Of a stretch of DNA of 64,000 nt, positions 22,963 to 34,892 are shown one piece after another. Position 1 is the stretch's first letter. Each line of letters starts with the position of its first letter. A program made the position numbers and the translations under genes. Under the pieces are notes generated by a model that had not been told where the DNA came from, ran no database searches, and saw only the letters and a program-made list of their open reading frames with translations. Source of the DNA: Scyliorhinus canicula (taxonomy: Eukaryota); assembly GCF_902713615.1 (NCBI RefSeq), contig NC_052158.1:45099159-45163158 (forward strand), written 5' to 3'.

Positions 22963-23910
22963 CTCACTCAGACTGCACATCCCAAATTCAGCTCTCACAC
23001 ACAGCACTGGAAAAAAAACTATCAAATCCAAGCCCAGGCTTTTGGGAAAGGCCGAGACCTTCAGGTAAAATCTTCAAAGAAGACATTTCAGTAAATGTGC
23101 CTCTGCTCCTCCCAGATAATTACACCTCACCTTCTCATCTTCAGCAATGACCCATCAACATAACTCAGCCTGTAAATCAGAAGGGAAATGTTTCCAATAA
23201 ACACCCTGAATATCCAACACACAGCAAATCAAACAGCTCAGCACAAAGCACCGAGTAAACAGATCTCTGAGCTGGATCTTCTGACACAGCATAAGGGGCA
23301 TTTCCACAGCTGATTGCCCACAGGATAGTCAGACTGCCTGAACATTAGTGTGGATATTGTGCAATGTAATGATTGTAAATTCTGCTCCTTCACTCACCAT
23401 CTCCTGACTTGGTTTAGAGTCCCTACAGGAAGTGAAGCAGCTGTGGTAGAGGAAGAGGAGACAATGGGCAGAGTGGGTGGGCTCTCTGATTGACGTCTCT
23501 CACAGACAATCCAAATATTTCTGCAGTAACAGGACTTTCCTGAAGTTTGGGAAACTGACCGGGGAAACGGAGGAGACTTTGAGCAGCAGATCAGGTGGGG
23601 ATTTAAACTTGTCATTGTCCCATCTGAATAAAACCTCACTTATTGCAGCTGCTGTCTCAGTTCTTCAGGTAAACGTGTGACAGAGATTTCTAGTGTGGGA
23701 ATAGCATTCTTCATCCTCGGAGGCTTCCAAACTGACAACATCAGTGTAGAATGTGCTTGACAGCAGACAGATGAGGAAGCCTAGCATCTAAGGCAGCGAT
23801 GACTTGCAGTAAAGGGATCAGCACATCATGCACAGGAAGGGGGGGGGGGGGGGGGGGGGGGAGCGTGGGGAGACACAGAATGGTCCTGAGAGGAGAATGA
23901 CCCAGTATTC
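22963..23910 (-). other. 5' non-coding exons of ZNF-minus: ATG|GTGAGT-ended exon (23440-23398 or longer) and 39-nt micro-exon (23169-23131)
   Basis: Canonical AG/GT sites conserved in the inverted paralog 25645-26428. Confidence 0.7.
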
Positions 23911-24131
23911 GGGGTTTGTCTCTATTGCTGGGAGAGTGACTTGGTGACTCAGGGAGTGTGCTGGTCCTAATTGTGTGAGTAAATGCCCCAGGTTTTGATA
24001 TCTTACAGCCCTGACCTGTTCAGGGGTCACCTACTATGGAGGTTCAGCTTCCCTCAGGTCCAAATTCTGAGACTCAGTCACACCTTCCTATTATTCTCCT
24101 GGGGTATCCTGATACATTCATCACTCCCAGT

Positions 24132-24782
24132 CAGGGCCGGCACAAGGCACCGGCAACTCGGGCAGTCGCCCGGGGCGCCATGTGCTAGGGGGCGCCAGAG
24201 ACTCGGGTCCCGCGCATGCGCAGTTGGGCCGGTGCCAACCAGCGCATGCGCGGTGGCCACACTCCCCCAGGGTGGCCGCACTCCCCCAGGGCGGCCCCCT
24301 CCCCTCTGTCCGCCCCCCCCCTCGGGTCCGCCCCCCCCGCCCCGCCCCGCCCTCCTTGCCTCGGGTCCGCCCCCCCCTCAGGTCCGCCCCCCCTCGGGTC
24401 CGCCCCGCCCCCCTCGGGTCCGTCCCCCCCTCGGGTCCGCCCCGCCCCCCCTCGGGTCCTCGCCCCCTCCGCCTCGGTCCGCTCCCCCACCTCGGGTCCG
24501 CTCGCCCCCCCCCCTCGGGTCCTCTCGCCCCCGACCCACTCTTGGCCCCACCCCCTCCCTCGCGGCCCCGCCCCCTCCCTCTCGGCCCCGCCCACCTCCC
24601 TCTCGGCCCCGCCCCCTCCCTCTCAGCCCTGCCCCCTCCCTCTCGGCCCCGCCCCCTCTCGGCCCCGCCCCCCTCTCGGCCCCGCCCCCCTCTCAGCCCC
24701 GCCCCCCTCTCAGCCCCGCCCCTCTCCAAGGGCGCCGAAGTTCAACTTGCCCGGGGCGCCAGCAACCCTAGGGCCGGCGCTG
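24132..24782. mobile_element. hAT-type non-autonomous DNA transposon (MITE) with internal GC-rich minisatellites
   Basis: TIRs CAGGGCCGGC / GCCGGCGCTG; perfect 8-bp TSD CTCCCAGT at 24124-24131 and 24783-24790. Confidence 0.92.
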
Positions 24783-24831
24783 CTCCCAGTGTGTCCCGGT
24801 CCATTGTCTGCCAGATGAACTGGTTGATTAT

Positions 24832-25139
24832 ATAATAATAATCTTTATTGTCGCAAGTAGACTTACATTAACACTGCAATTAAGTTACTGTGAATAGCCC
24901 CTAGTCGCTACATTCTGACGCCTGTTCGGGTACACAGAGGGATAATTCATAATGTCCAATTCACCTATCAAGCACGTCTTTCGGGACTTGTGGGAGGAAA
25001 CCGCAACACCCAGAGGAAACCTACTCAGAGATGGGGAGAACATGCAGACTCCTCACAGCAGTGACCCAAGCCAGGAATTGAACCTGGGACCCGAGCGCTG
25101 TGAAGCAACAGTGCTAACACTGTGCTACCGTGCCGCCCA
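24832..25139 (-). mobile_element. V-SINE-bodied SINE with Rex1-like (ATT)n tail
   Basis: rc ggcggcacggtagcac...ttcctcccacaagtccc...ccgaacaggcg...gcgacaataaagattattat. Confidence 0.8.
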
Positions 25140-25217
25140 AGAAGAGGCCATCCAGCCTTGTTTGAAATATATCACTGCTGTATTGCCTCTAACTTGATTG
25201 CTTTTCTGTGTAATGCT

Positions 25218-25540
25218 GTCCCTCTCTCTCCTGTGACCCTCCTCTCTCGTGTCCCTCCACTCTCTCTCTCCTTTGACCCCCTCTCTCTGCTGTATTCTTC
25301 TCCCTCTGCTGCAACCCCCCCCCCCCCCCCCTCTTTCTCTCTTCTGGTCCCTTCTCTCTCCTGTATTCCCTCTCTGTCCAGTATCCTTTCTCCCTTCTGT
25401 GCCCCTCTCCGTCTTCTGTATCCCACTCTCTCCTGTGGGCCCCCTATCCTTTCCCTCCCTCCCTCTTCACTGTTCCCCCTCTCTTCAGTGCCCACCCTCT
25501 CTCCTGTGCCCAACTCTCTCTCACGGTGTTCCCCTCTCCT
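25218..25540 (+). repeat. CT-rich low-complexity tract
   Basis: Almost purely pyrimidine on the + strand. Confidence 0.8.
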
Positions 25541-25644
25541 GTGCATGTGTGGATCGTACCATTCCATGTGATTGATATCTTGGAACTGGAAGCTGTAGGT
25601 CTTCATCTTCTGATGTTTTCAAACACATTCGAGGCTACACATCC

Positions 25645-26510
25645 CACACTGATGTTGTCAGTCTGGAAGCCTCCGGGGATGAAGAATGCTGTTCCCACAG
25701 GGGAAATCTCTGTCACACGTTTACCAGGGGAACTGAGACAACAGCTGCAATAAGTGAGGTTTTATTCAGATGAGACAATGACAAGTTTAAATCCCCACCT
25801 GAGCTGCTGCTCAAAGTCTCCTCCGTTTCCCCGGCCAGTTTCCCAAACTTCAGGAAACTCCTGTTACTGCAGAAATATTTGGATTGTCTGTGAGAGACGT
25901 CAATCAGAGAGCCCACCCACTCTGCCCATTCTCTCCTCTTCCTCTACCACAGCTGCTTCACTTCCTGTAGGGACTCAAAACCAAGTCAGGAGATGGTGAG
26001 TGAAGGAGCAGAATTTACAATCATTACGTTGCACAATATCCACACTAATGTTCAGGCAGTCTGACTATCCTGTGGGCAATCAGCTGTGGAAATGCCCCTT
26101 ATGCTGTGTCAGAAGATCCAACTCACAGACCTGTTTACTCGGTGCTTTGTGCTGAGCTGTTTGATTTGCTGTGTGTTGGATATTGAGGGTGTTTATTGGA
26201 AACATTTCCCTTCTGATTTACAGGCTGAGTTTTGTTGATGGATCATTGCTGAATATATGAAGGTGAGGTGTAATTATCTGGGAGGGCAGAGACACATTTA
26301 CTGAAACGTCCTCTTTAAAGATTTTACCTGAATGTCTCGGTTTTTCCCAGAAGCCTGGGCTTGGATTTGATAGTTTAGCCCAGTGCTGTGTCTGAGAGCT
26401 GAATTTGGGATGTGCAGTCTGAGTGAGTGCAGTGTTTAATTTCCCAGGATAAACCAGAATCCTTCAATCAGTTACACTGAAGCAATATTTTCCTTAGCTT
26501 CCAGCAGTTC
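25645..26510 (+). other. 5' non-coding exons of ZNF-plus: ATG|GTGAGT-ended exon (25953-25995 or longer) and 39-nt micro-exon (26224-26262)
   Basis: ctctcctcttcctctaccacAG|...gagatg|GTGAGT and ttctgatttacAG|...gaag|GTgagg; inverted paralog of 22963-23745. Confidence 0.7.
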
Positions 26511-26542
26511 CTGCGCAGTTTTTTTTTGTATATGAAGTAATC

Positions 26543-26710
26543 GATCCCGGCTTGGGTCACTGTCTTGTGTGGACTTTGCATATTTTGTCTGCATGGATCT
26601 CACCCCACAACTCAAAAATGTGCCTGGTAGGTGAATTGGCCATGCTAATATGCCATTTAATTTGGGGGAAAAAAAGAATTGAGTACTCTAAATTTATAGA
26701 AAAAAAAATG
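26543..26710 (+). mobile_element. 5'-truncated short V-SINE
   Basis: tcgatcccggcttgggtcactgtc...ttgagtactctaaatttatagaaaaaaaa; atgaagtaatc repeated on both sides. Confidence 0.75.
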
Positions 26711-26739
26711 AAGTAATCACCAAGCCAGCCAATATTTTT

Positions 26740-27500
26740 GGCAATGGTTAATTGGAGCTCTCCGAGCTCTGCTGGGTTTTTCTCGTGGCTGTCTTCAATG
26801 ATGTGCATCATCGATTGGGGTGCGGCACAGATCCCTGCAAGGCCTCACTTTTGCTGATTGCCCAAAGGCCTTGGCCAAGTGGAAACGGTTGAAGAGTTCT
26901 CAATGTTGGTACGACAGGCAGGCAGGCTGTGTGATCTGTAATGTGGTTTTTAATGTTGACGTGTTGGTTCCAATATTGCTGCCATTGGGCCTTCGATGTT
27001 ACTCCTTGGCACAATGGTCTTAACCATACAGGCTGATGTGATGAGAGGCGAGCAGCAAGTGGATTGGGAAAGTGCTTGTGTAACGACAGGCTTGGATTGA
27101 CCTTCTCCAGGAGTTTTCTTGGTGCACTCTCCCTCTTTATAGGAGAGAGTGGGGTGTTGCTCAGAACTGGGAGTCAGGAGAGTTGAGTTGTTTAGAAGGT
27201 ACCTGAGATGGTACACATTGTTGGGTTGAGGACTGGTATGGGATGAGTTATGCCATTCTGTTGCTCAGTATTCTGCAGTCGAGTAGGCAGTGGCAAGAGC
27301 TGAAGTCCTTAAGGTTTGAGCATCTTGCACCCAAAGTTTACCGAGGAGGCTGTTTCACCTTTTGATCTTTGATGCTGTCTTGCTCAGATGTTTTTGTAGG
27401 TCAAGGGAATACCAAGATAAACGGGATGTTGTTTGTGCATCAGTCTATTGCCATTCATGGAGATGTTGAATTCTCTCTTAGCGCTGGCATTGTGGAGGTG
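26740..27500 (-). mobile_element. Old Vingi/Ingi- or RTEX-like LINE 3' remnant
   Basis: Frameshifted rc reading resembles (L)NRF..GQG...K(W)GL....APQSMMHIIED, a C-terminal CCHC-type block. Confidence 0.45.
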
Positions 27501-28429
27501 GAATATACTTCATACTGTTTTGTTACTGATGTTCCTGTCCCGTTTGTTTTCTGCAAATAATATCAGAAAAGGGGAGAAATTTCAAAATCCCCAGTGAATA
27601 AACCTTTCTCCAGAGTCTTTTTTATATTCAACACACTCTCAAGTGTAAAACTGGCCTTCACCAGAACTACTCGAGCTCATAGTGAATTGATAGCCTGTTT
27701 TACATTCCGCCCGAGTCTTTTTCATTGTCCTCACGGTGCCTGGGAAATATGGGTAGCCACGTTGTCTGTTCCTGGTCAATATCCAGTATCCCTGCTGGAA
27801 ACAGAGGCTGTGTGACAGTCAAGTGAGTACCTGATCCCCATACAGGGAAATAGCAGATAAAAATTCACTGTGGAACAGTCTCTAACTGAGGAGTCAGTCC
27901 CTTCAGCAAAGGAGGAGAGGGAGTTGGAAGAAATCATTTTTCCTTTTCCTGTTTTACAGAAGGATCACATAACTACACCAGAGATTACAGAGAGGATAGA
28001 CACTGCAGATAGATCCTGACCATCACCCAAGGAACAACTGCACAACTGTGGGAAGACATCTAGTCCCTTCACAGCATTACTCAACACAGAGAAGGTTGTG
28101 TAGTGAAAGCATCATCTGGAAATCGGCCGGGTCAGGGAGCTTTGACACATCGTTAGATTTGAAGCTAGTCAGTGGTGTGGAATATTCTATCAGAACAAAC
28201 CTTTCCGAAGGTTCAGCTGTGGGTGATCAGTCAGGATGAGGTTGGGAAGAAATGTGATTGGGCTCCAAGTGTGGTGAAAGCTTCAATCATTCATCGAGCC
28301 TCATGAACCACTGACTCATTCCGACAGGTGAGAGGCTGTTCAAGTGTGAGGTGACTGAGGAGGGCTCCATATAATCTCCTAATACTCAAGGTGCTACTGT
28401 TGTACCACCTATATTTGAAGGACAGCCAC

Positions 28430-29293
28430 ATGGCAGAGAAAGCATTCAAGTGTGAGGTGTGTGACCGAGCCTTCGCTCAATCATCGACACTCGTGATTCA
28501 CCGGCACGTTCACACTGGGGAGAAACCATTTACTTGTGAGGTGTGTAACAGAGGATTTGCACAATCTTCAGCCCTAGTGAAACACCGACGCATTCACACA
28601 GGAGAGAAACCATTCACGTGTGAATTATGCAACAAATCATTTTCAGTGTCATCGAACCTCCGCACACACCAACGCATTCACACGGGGGAGAGGGCATTCA
28701 AGTGTGGGGTTTGCAATAAGGCGTTTGTGAAGTCTACGAGCCTCCTGATACACCAGAGAATTCACACAGGAGAAAAACCCTTCAAGTGTGAGGTATGTGA
28801 GAAAGCCTTTACCTGCTCCTCTGATCTGCTGATCCACCAGAGGATTCACACAGGGGAGAAACCCTTTAAATGTGAGGTGTGTGATCGAGCCTTCGCACAG
28901 TCATCAACACTCCTGAAGCACCAACGCATCCACACTGGGGAGAAGCCGTTCAAGTGTGATGTGTGTGAGCAGGCCTTCCTGAAGTCCGGGAACCTCCGCG
29001 TACACCAACGGATGCACACTGGGGAGAAACCGTTCAAGTGTGAGGTTTGTAACAGGGGCTTTGCTCAATCATCGACTCTGGTGAGCCACTGGCGCATTCA
29101 CACAGGGGAGAAACCATTCACTTGTGAGGTGTGCAACAAATCGTTCTCGAGGTCATCGACGTTTCGTGTACATCAACGCATTCACACCGGGGAGAAACCA
29201 TTCAGATGCGACGTGTGCAACAAATCCTTTTTGAGCTCGTCAAAGCTTCTGCTGCATCAGAGGATTCACACAGGAGAAACTATTCAAATGTGA
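28430..29293 (+). CDS. C2H2 zinc-finger protein (ZNF-plus): 287 aa, 10 intact tandem fingers, no effector domain seen
   Basis: ATG at 28430 (cacATGg); ten F.C..C...F.....L..H...H units with TGEKP-type linkers; exon acceptor tttcctgttttacAG at 27958-27959. Confidence 0.93.
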   Translation: MAEKAFKCEVCDRAFAQSSTLVIHRHVHTGEKPFTCEVCNRGFAQSSALVKHRRIHTGEKPFTCELCNKSFSVSSNLRTHQRIHTGERAFKCGVCNKAFVKSTSLLIHQRIHTGEKPFKCEVCEKAFTCSSDLLIHQRIHTGEKPFKCEVCDRAFAQSSTLLKHQRIHTGEKPFKCDVCEQAFLKSGNLRVHQRMHTGEKPFKCEVCNRGFAQSSTLVSHWRIHTGEKPFTCEVCNKSFSRSSTFRVHQRIHTGEKPFRCDVCNKSFLSSSKLLLHQRIHTGETIQM

Positions 29294-30414
29294 GGTGTAT
29301 GACAAGATGTTCACACAGTCAGTGTCTATCCAGGTCCATCAACACACTCACAGAAGGAGGAGCTAAGAAATCTTTGTGATGGAGAGGGTGTGGGGTTTGG
29401 AATCACAACTGGAGGTTGAGTAGAACAATTATCGTTGGAGATGTGAGTGGAGGAGGAAAGCGCGAGGAGTTCCGCACTGAAACTGTGGGAGATAAACCTG
29501 CTCCGACTCCACACTGAGAAAATGAACAACGGGGAAAAAATCCCTTTGCTAAAAGCCACCACAGGGCTGAGCAAAGATCATTAGACCAGGTAATTTGGAA
29601 GTGAACATAATCGAGCTACCCTTAGGAACCGGCTGAAGTTTCTTTGTCAGTGGAGGACTTGAATAGTTACTTACTTTACCCATTTTCACACGTTTTCACA
29701 CGCGGATCTTTTGGCAGCACCAGGGATGGAAACGCTGGCCAGCACTCACCAGTGAAGAGGCTCCCCGGTAAAGGCAATCTTTTCTCTGGTAGAGTTTGAC
29801 TCTCTTCCTTGTTTCCGTGCACTTAGATCAATCAGTTTCACCAGATGGATGTTGGGGCCGACTCTGGATTATTCTTATGCTTTTATTCAGTGTATCTGCC
29901 AATCAGTTTCACAGGATGTGTGAGGCTCGGCCCCCAGGCCAAGCAGCTGCTCTCCTTCTAGTCCCTGCTTGCCCACCCTCCGCTGCCCTTCAGTTTTTAC
30001 AGCTACATTAACTGGGAGAACCTGCAAGAGGCGGCGGCAGGAAGGGCATCAGGCCACAAGTGGCACACAAAAGTATCTTGATCCCTGTAGCCACCTATGA
30101 GCTGTCAGATCAACATAGACATCCAAGTATTGCGCTCATCAAAACATTCCCACAGCAGGCCGTGCCACACCACTTGAAAACCACTCCTCTAATAAGACCA
30201 CAAACTTAGGGTGCGTGGAATTGTTTGTGTCATTGAAATGTGCCATGTTACTGAAGGTGGATACGAGGGAGTTTGTTAAACCAGATTGACGGCTACAGAA
30301 GCATTGTGGGGAATGGAGGGTCAAAGGGCAGTGGGTTGGGAATCAGAAAGCCCTGCCCAACTCACCTGGGGGAAGAGTGTCTTCCAGGAAAGCCAACTCG
30401 TCCATGTACCCACA

Positions 30415-30631
30415 TTAAAAAATTTTTTTTAGAGTACCCAATTATTTTTTTTTCCATTAGGGGACAATTTAGCGTGGCCAATGCACCTAATCTGTACATC
30501 TTTGGGTTGAGGAGGTGAAACGCACACAGACATGGGGAGAATGTGCAAACTCCACGCGGACAGTGACCCAAGAACGGGTTTGAATCCGGGTCCTCACCAC
30601 CGTAGGCAGCAATGCTAACCATGCTGCCCCC
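30415..30631 (-). mobile_element. V-SINE/HE1-like SINE, short A-tailed form
   Basis: rc ggggcagcatggttagcattgctgcc...ttgggtactctaaaaaaaa. Confidence 0.85.
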
Positions 30632-31856
30632 TTTCCATGTATCCACATGACCACTGGATCTCTGTAGCCATTGGTGTGTTTGTATGATGGAAACGAGTTC
30701 CATCCTGTGTCACCAAAGTTATGTATCTTTCTGACCATCAGATTTTAAACAAACATCAATCTGGTATTCTAAGAGAGATTCCTCTGATTGTGGGTGTGTT
30801 AGTGAATTGGGCCAGCTCTCAGGAGTGGGTATTAGGAAAATCGGACATCAGTTGGTGATGTGAATTAAGGACAGATCCTCTTCAGGTGACGGGTGTTTGA
30901 CTAATACCATGGGTAATGTTTGTACTCTGCTGTCTGGGAGGACTACCATACTGAGTATGATGAGGGAGTAGGAGTGAGTCTCTACAAACCTGAGTTCCCC
31001 CAGCCCATCATACCTCAATGTAATAACGGTGTGACATGTTGACCTTACACTCTTTCAGGATTAATTTCATGTTCTGGGCAAGACCTTGAGTCATTTTCAA
31101 ATGCTTTGTTATTTCGGTTGAGTTGTAAGCTGAATATTGTTTTGTTTGTCTGCTTTTAAATCTTCTAAATAAATTTATAACTCACAACAAATTCATGTTT
31201 TTTTATCTTAACCCAAACTATCTGGTTTATCAACATGGTGTGTTCCTACTCATGGAAACACTCAGGAGCCTACAGTAAGAGTCCTGTACACAATATATTG
31301 GTCAATGTCAATGTGGCTGGTATACTTTCTCCATCAATGGGTTCATAATTTACAGTTACCAGGAAGTATAATATTTCCCGAAGAATAAAAATACTTAAAT
31401 ATACATGTCAACCTTTATGAACACAAGGTATAGGAAAACAATTTGCAACTAATGAAATTATTTTTGAAGTATAATTTTTATTGCAACATAAAAACATGGC
31501 AGCCAATCAGTGCACAGTGTGATAATCCTTTTAGGGACCATGAACGGTTGAAGAGAAATGTGAAAATCCTGTGATTAACCAACAGATTTCACATTTTTAA
31601 ATCAAAACAAACTTTATGGTACACAAAAGAATTAAACAAAACTAGCACTATAAACATAACACTTTTTAATTATTTTTAGAATAAATGCTATGAACTCAGT
31701 TCTATTTCTTACTCCCACCAACAATTCTCTTATACATCGTAAGTATTGAAGGATCGTTCCCTTCTTTTGGGACCGAGCCAAAGGTGTGCCACAAAAACTC
31801 TCTTGGTCGGTCGTCCCAAGGTTTCTCTTAGTTTTCCAGTTCATCCCCATCTTCAA

Positions 31857-33820
31857 GCGGATTAATAAGATTATTGTGGGCTTCGTGTGGGGGAGGGGGG
31901 CAAGCCCCTGCGGGTGAAGAGGGCAATGCTGGAACGGAGCCGTGGAGAATGGTGGGCTGGCGCTGCTGAATTTCAGTAATTACTATTGGGTGGCCAACAT
32001 AGCCATGGTGGGACGGTGGCTGGTGAGGGGGGAGCCGGCGTGGGTGCGCATGGAGGCGGCCTCGTGTAAGGGCACAAGTTTAGGGGCACTGGTGACGGCG
32101 CCCCTGCCGTTCCTGCCGGTGCGTTACTCCACCAGTCCGGTGGTGATGGTGACCCTGAGAATCTGGGGACAGTGGAGGAGACGTGGGGCAGAGGGGGCAT
32201 TAGTGTGGTCCCCGATCTGCAATAACCATAGTTTTGTCCCGGGGAGGATACATGGGGGGTTCCGTATTTGGCAGAGAGCGGGAATAGAGAGGATGGGGGA
32301 CTTGCTCTTGGAAGGAGGATCCAGCGGAGGATCCGCTGGAGGATAAGTTTGCGTTAGCTGGAGGGAATGATCTCCGATATTTACAGGTACAGGACTTTTT
32401 GCAGAGGCAGGTACCAACCTTCCCACTCCTGCAGTTAAGGGGAATTCAGGATAGGATGGTTTCTGGAGGATGGTAGGGGAGGGGAGTGTCTTGGACATAT
32501 ATAAAGAGCTTATGGGGTCGGAGGATACGCAGACCGAGGAGCTGAAGCTTAAGTGGGAGGAGGAGCTGGAGCTGAAGCTTAAGTGGGAGGAGGAGCNNNN
32601 NNNNNNNNNNNNNNNNNNNNNNNNNNNNNNNNNNNNNNNNNNNNNNNNNNNNNNNNNNNNNNNNNNNNNNNNNNNNNNNNNNNNNNNNNNNNNNNNNNNN
32701 NNNNNNNNNNNNNNNNNNNNNNNNNNNNNNNNNNNNNNNNNNNNNNNNNNNNNNNNNNNNNNNNNNNNNNNNNNNNNNNNNNNNNNNNNNNNNNNNNNNN
32801 NNNNNNNNNNNNNNNNNNNNNNNNNNNNNNNNNNNNNNNNNNNNNNNNNNNNNNNNNNNNNNNNNNNNNNNNNNNNNNNNNNNNNNNNNNNNNNNNNNNN
32901 NNNNNNNNNNNNNNNNNNNNNNNNNNNNNNNNNNNNNNNNNNNNNNNNNNNNNNNNNNNNNNNNNNNNNNNNNNNNNNNNNNNNNNNNNNNNNNNNNNNN
33001 NNNNNNNNNNNNNNNNNNNNNNNNNNNNNNNNNNNNNNNNNNNNNNNNNNNNNNNNNNNNNNNNNNNNNNTGGGAGGTGAGATGGAGGATGGTTTGTGGC
33101 GGACGCGCTAGGAAGGGTCAGTGCCACCGCAACATGTGCCAGACTCAGCCTGATGCAGTTTACGGTTGTTCACCGAACTCGCATTCCAGTGGCCCGGATG
33201 AGCAGATTCTTTGGGGTGGAGGACAGGTGTGTGAAGTGTGCGGGGGAGGGGGGGGGGGGGGGGGGGCGGCAGCGAACTATGTCCATATATTTCGGGCATA
33301 TCTGAAACTGAGGGGATTTTGGCAGGGGTTTGCCGACACCATGTCCACGGTATTAAATACGAGGGTGGCAATGAGTCCGGAGGTGGCGATTTTTGGGGTA
33401 TCGCAGGACCCGGGAATCCAGGAGGATAAAGAGGCAGATGTTCTGGCCTTTTGCTTCCCTGGTAGGCCGGAGGCGTATATTGCTGGCATGGAGGGACCCT
33501 GAAATCGAAGACCTGGCTTTCAGACATGGCAGTCTTCCTTTGTCTGGAAAAAATTAAGTTCGCCATGAGAGGGTCTCTAGTAGGGTTCGCCCAGAGGTGG
33601 CAGCCATTCGTCGACTTCCTCGCAGAGAATTAAACGTCAGCAGAAGGGGAGGGGGGTTAGGTTACTGTAGCGTAGGGGGGTAAGCAATGGCAGGACCTGT
33701 CGGAGAGAGTTGCGGAATTTGCACTATGTATATATTTTTTTCTTGTTATTTATATTGTTGATTTTGTTTCTGTTAAACTGCCAAAGAAAATACCTCAATA
33801 AAACGTTTACTAAAAAAAAA
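31857..33820 (+). mobile_element. 5'-truncated degenerate L1-clade LINE (ORF2 C-terminus) spanning the assembly gap
   Basis: GGLALLNF..YYW, TLRIWGQWRR, CARLSLMQF, C.KC; AATAAA plus polyA at 33797-33821. Confidence 0.88.
32597..33070. other. Assembly gap (N run)
   Basis: 474 N bases. Confidence 1.
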
Positions 33821-34892
33821 ATTCTCTTAGTGTTTCAGCTAATCTCCCTCCATTAGCTTGTTGACTGAGCAATCCTACAACTTTTCTTTGATACCTCATA
33901 ACTGTGAGTGCCTCAAGTCGTGTTTAGGTTTCTGGCAAAAACCCAACTGCCTGTGCACAGCTTCCAAGCTAACTGCTGATTGCTTTCTGCCACAAGGCTC
34001 TGTGAGGACCACTACAGATTTTTCCACTGGCTTCAAAGCAAAGCCCTCCTTCAGGTAGGCGCCAGCAACCAGGCTCCCAATGTCCTAAACCTGTAACACA
34101 ACAGCTATGGTCAATCCAGTAGCAACCAAAACGGAGATCTGTATGATCCTGTCGGGGTCAAATCCCATTTGGGAGTGTAGCCACCGAAGTTGGCCATTTC
34201 CGCAATACAAAATGGAGGAACGCAAAGCTTGCAGGTTAAAATGGACAAAGTTTGCAGCACAAGCAGGCTGCAATAAGCCAATGTGTATTCTGTCTGCTAA
34301 GAGAGCAGACAGCACCGAAACAAACATTCCGCATACTAATGAGACAATCTCCAGGACAGTTAACATGGTAATGGAACGATCCCAGGGACAATGGACACAA
34401 ATAGGGAAGTGATTGCAACATTGTATAGGATACCAGACACCCCGGCACCAGCGGGATTTGAAGACAAAGCACCTGAAGGCCCGCCCAGTAGCCGAGGGAC
34501 AGCCTCAGTATTGGGGGGATTCAAACAAATCGATTGGGAAGAGACCCAATCGATCCCCAGAAGATAGAGGGTCCGCCCAAAAGGGCGCAAAGCCCTAGGA
34601 CCTATAAAAGACTTAGTTTGTTCTTCTTGACCAGCCCTCCTCTCTTGACCAGCCCTCTCGACCAGCTTTTACCGAAGAAGACCTTGACCGAGAGAGAGGA
34701 GAGGTTTGGGACAGCAGCCACCAGCAAGTAAGTGTCTCACAACGATCGCTACCAGAGATAGACACTCCTGGCCCCTTTTTAACCTGTACCAACCTGAAGT
34801 CTGCGGACTCAGTGCAGAGCAAGAGGCCTTGTCCCCTGATCCGGCAGTTCCTTTTAAGATAAGTATTGGTTTATCTAGTGGTAGGAATAGTT

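Noticed and set aside
23983-24835. Several long Pro-rich or Gly/Arg-rich ORFs
   Set aside because: These are stop-poor frames over the GC minisatellite inside a TIR/TSD-defined hAT MITE.
25754-25999. 81-aa ORF conserved with 23394-23639 as a possible N-terminal effector (KRAB-like) exon
   Set aside because: No KRAB, SCAN or BTB pattern; conservation is explained by the recent duplication; downstream exons have stops before the fingers.
32470-33127. ORFs spanning X runs and the tandem duplication just before the gap
   Set aside because: Artefacts of the N gap; the duplicated gagctgaagcttaagtgggaggag at the contig edge may be an assembly error.
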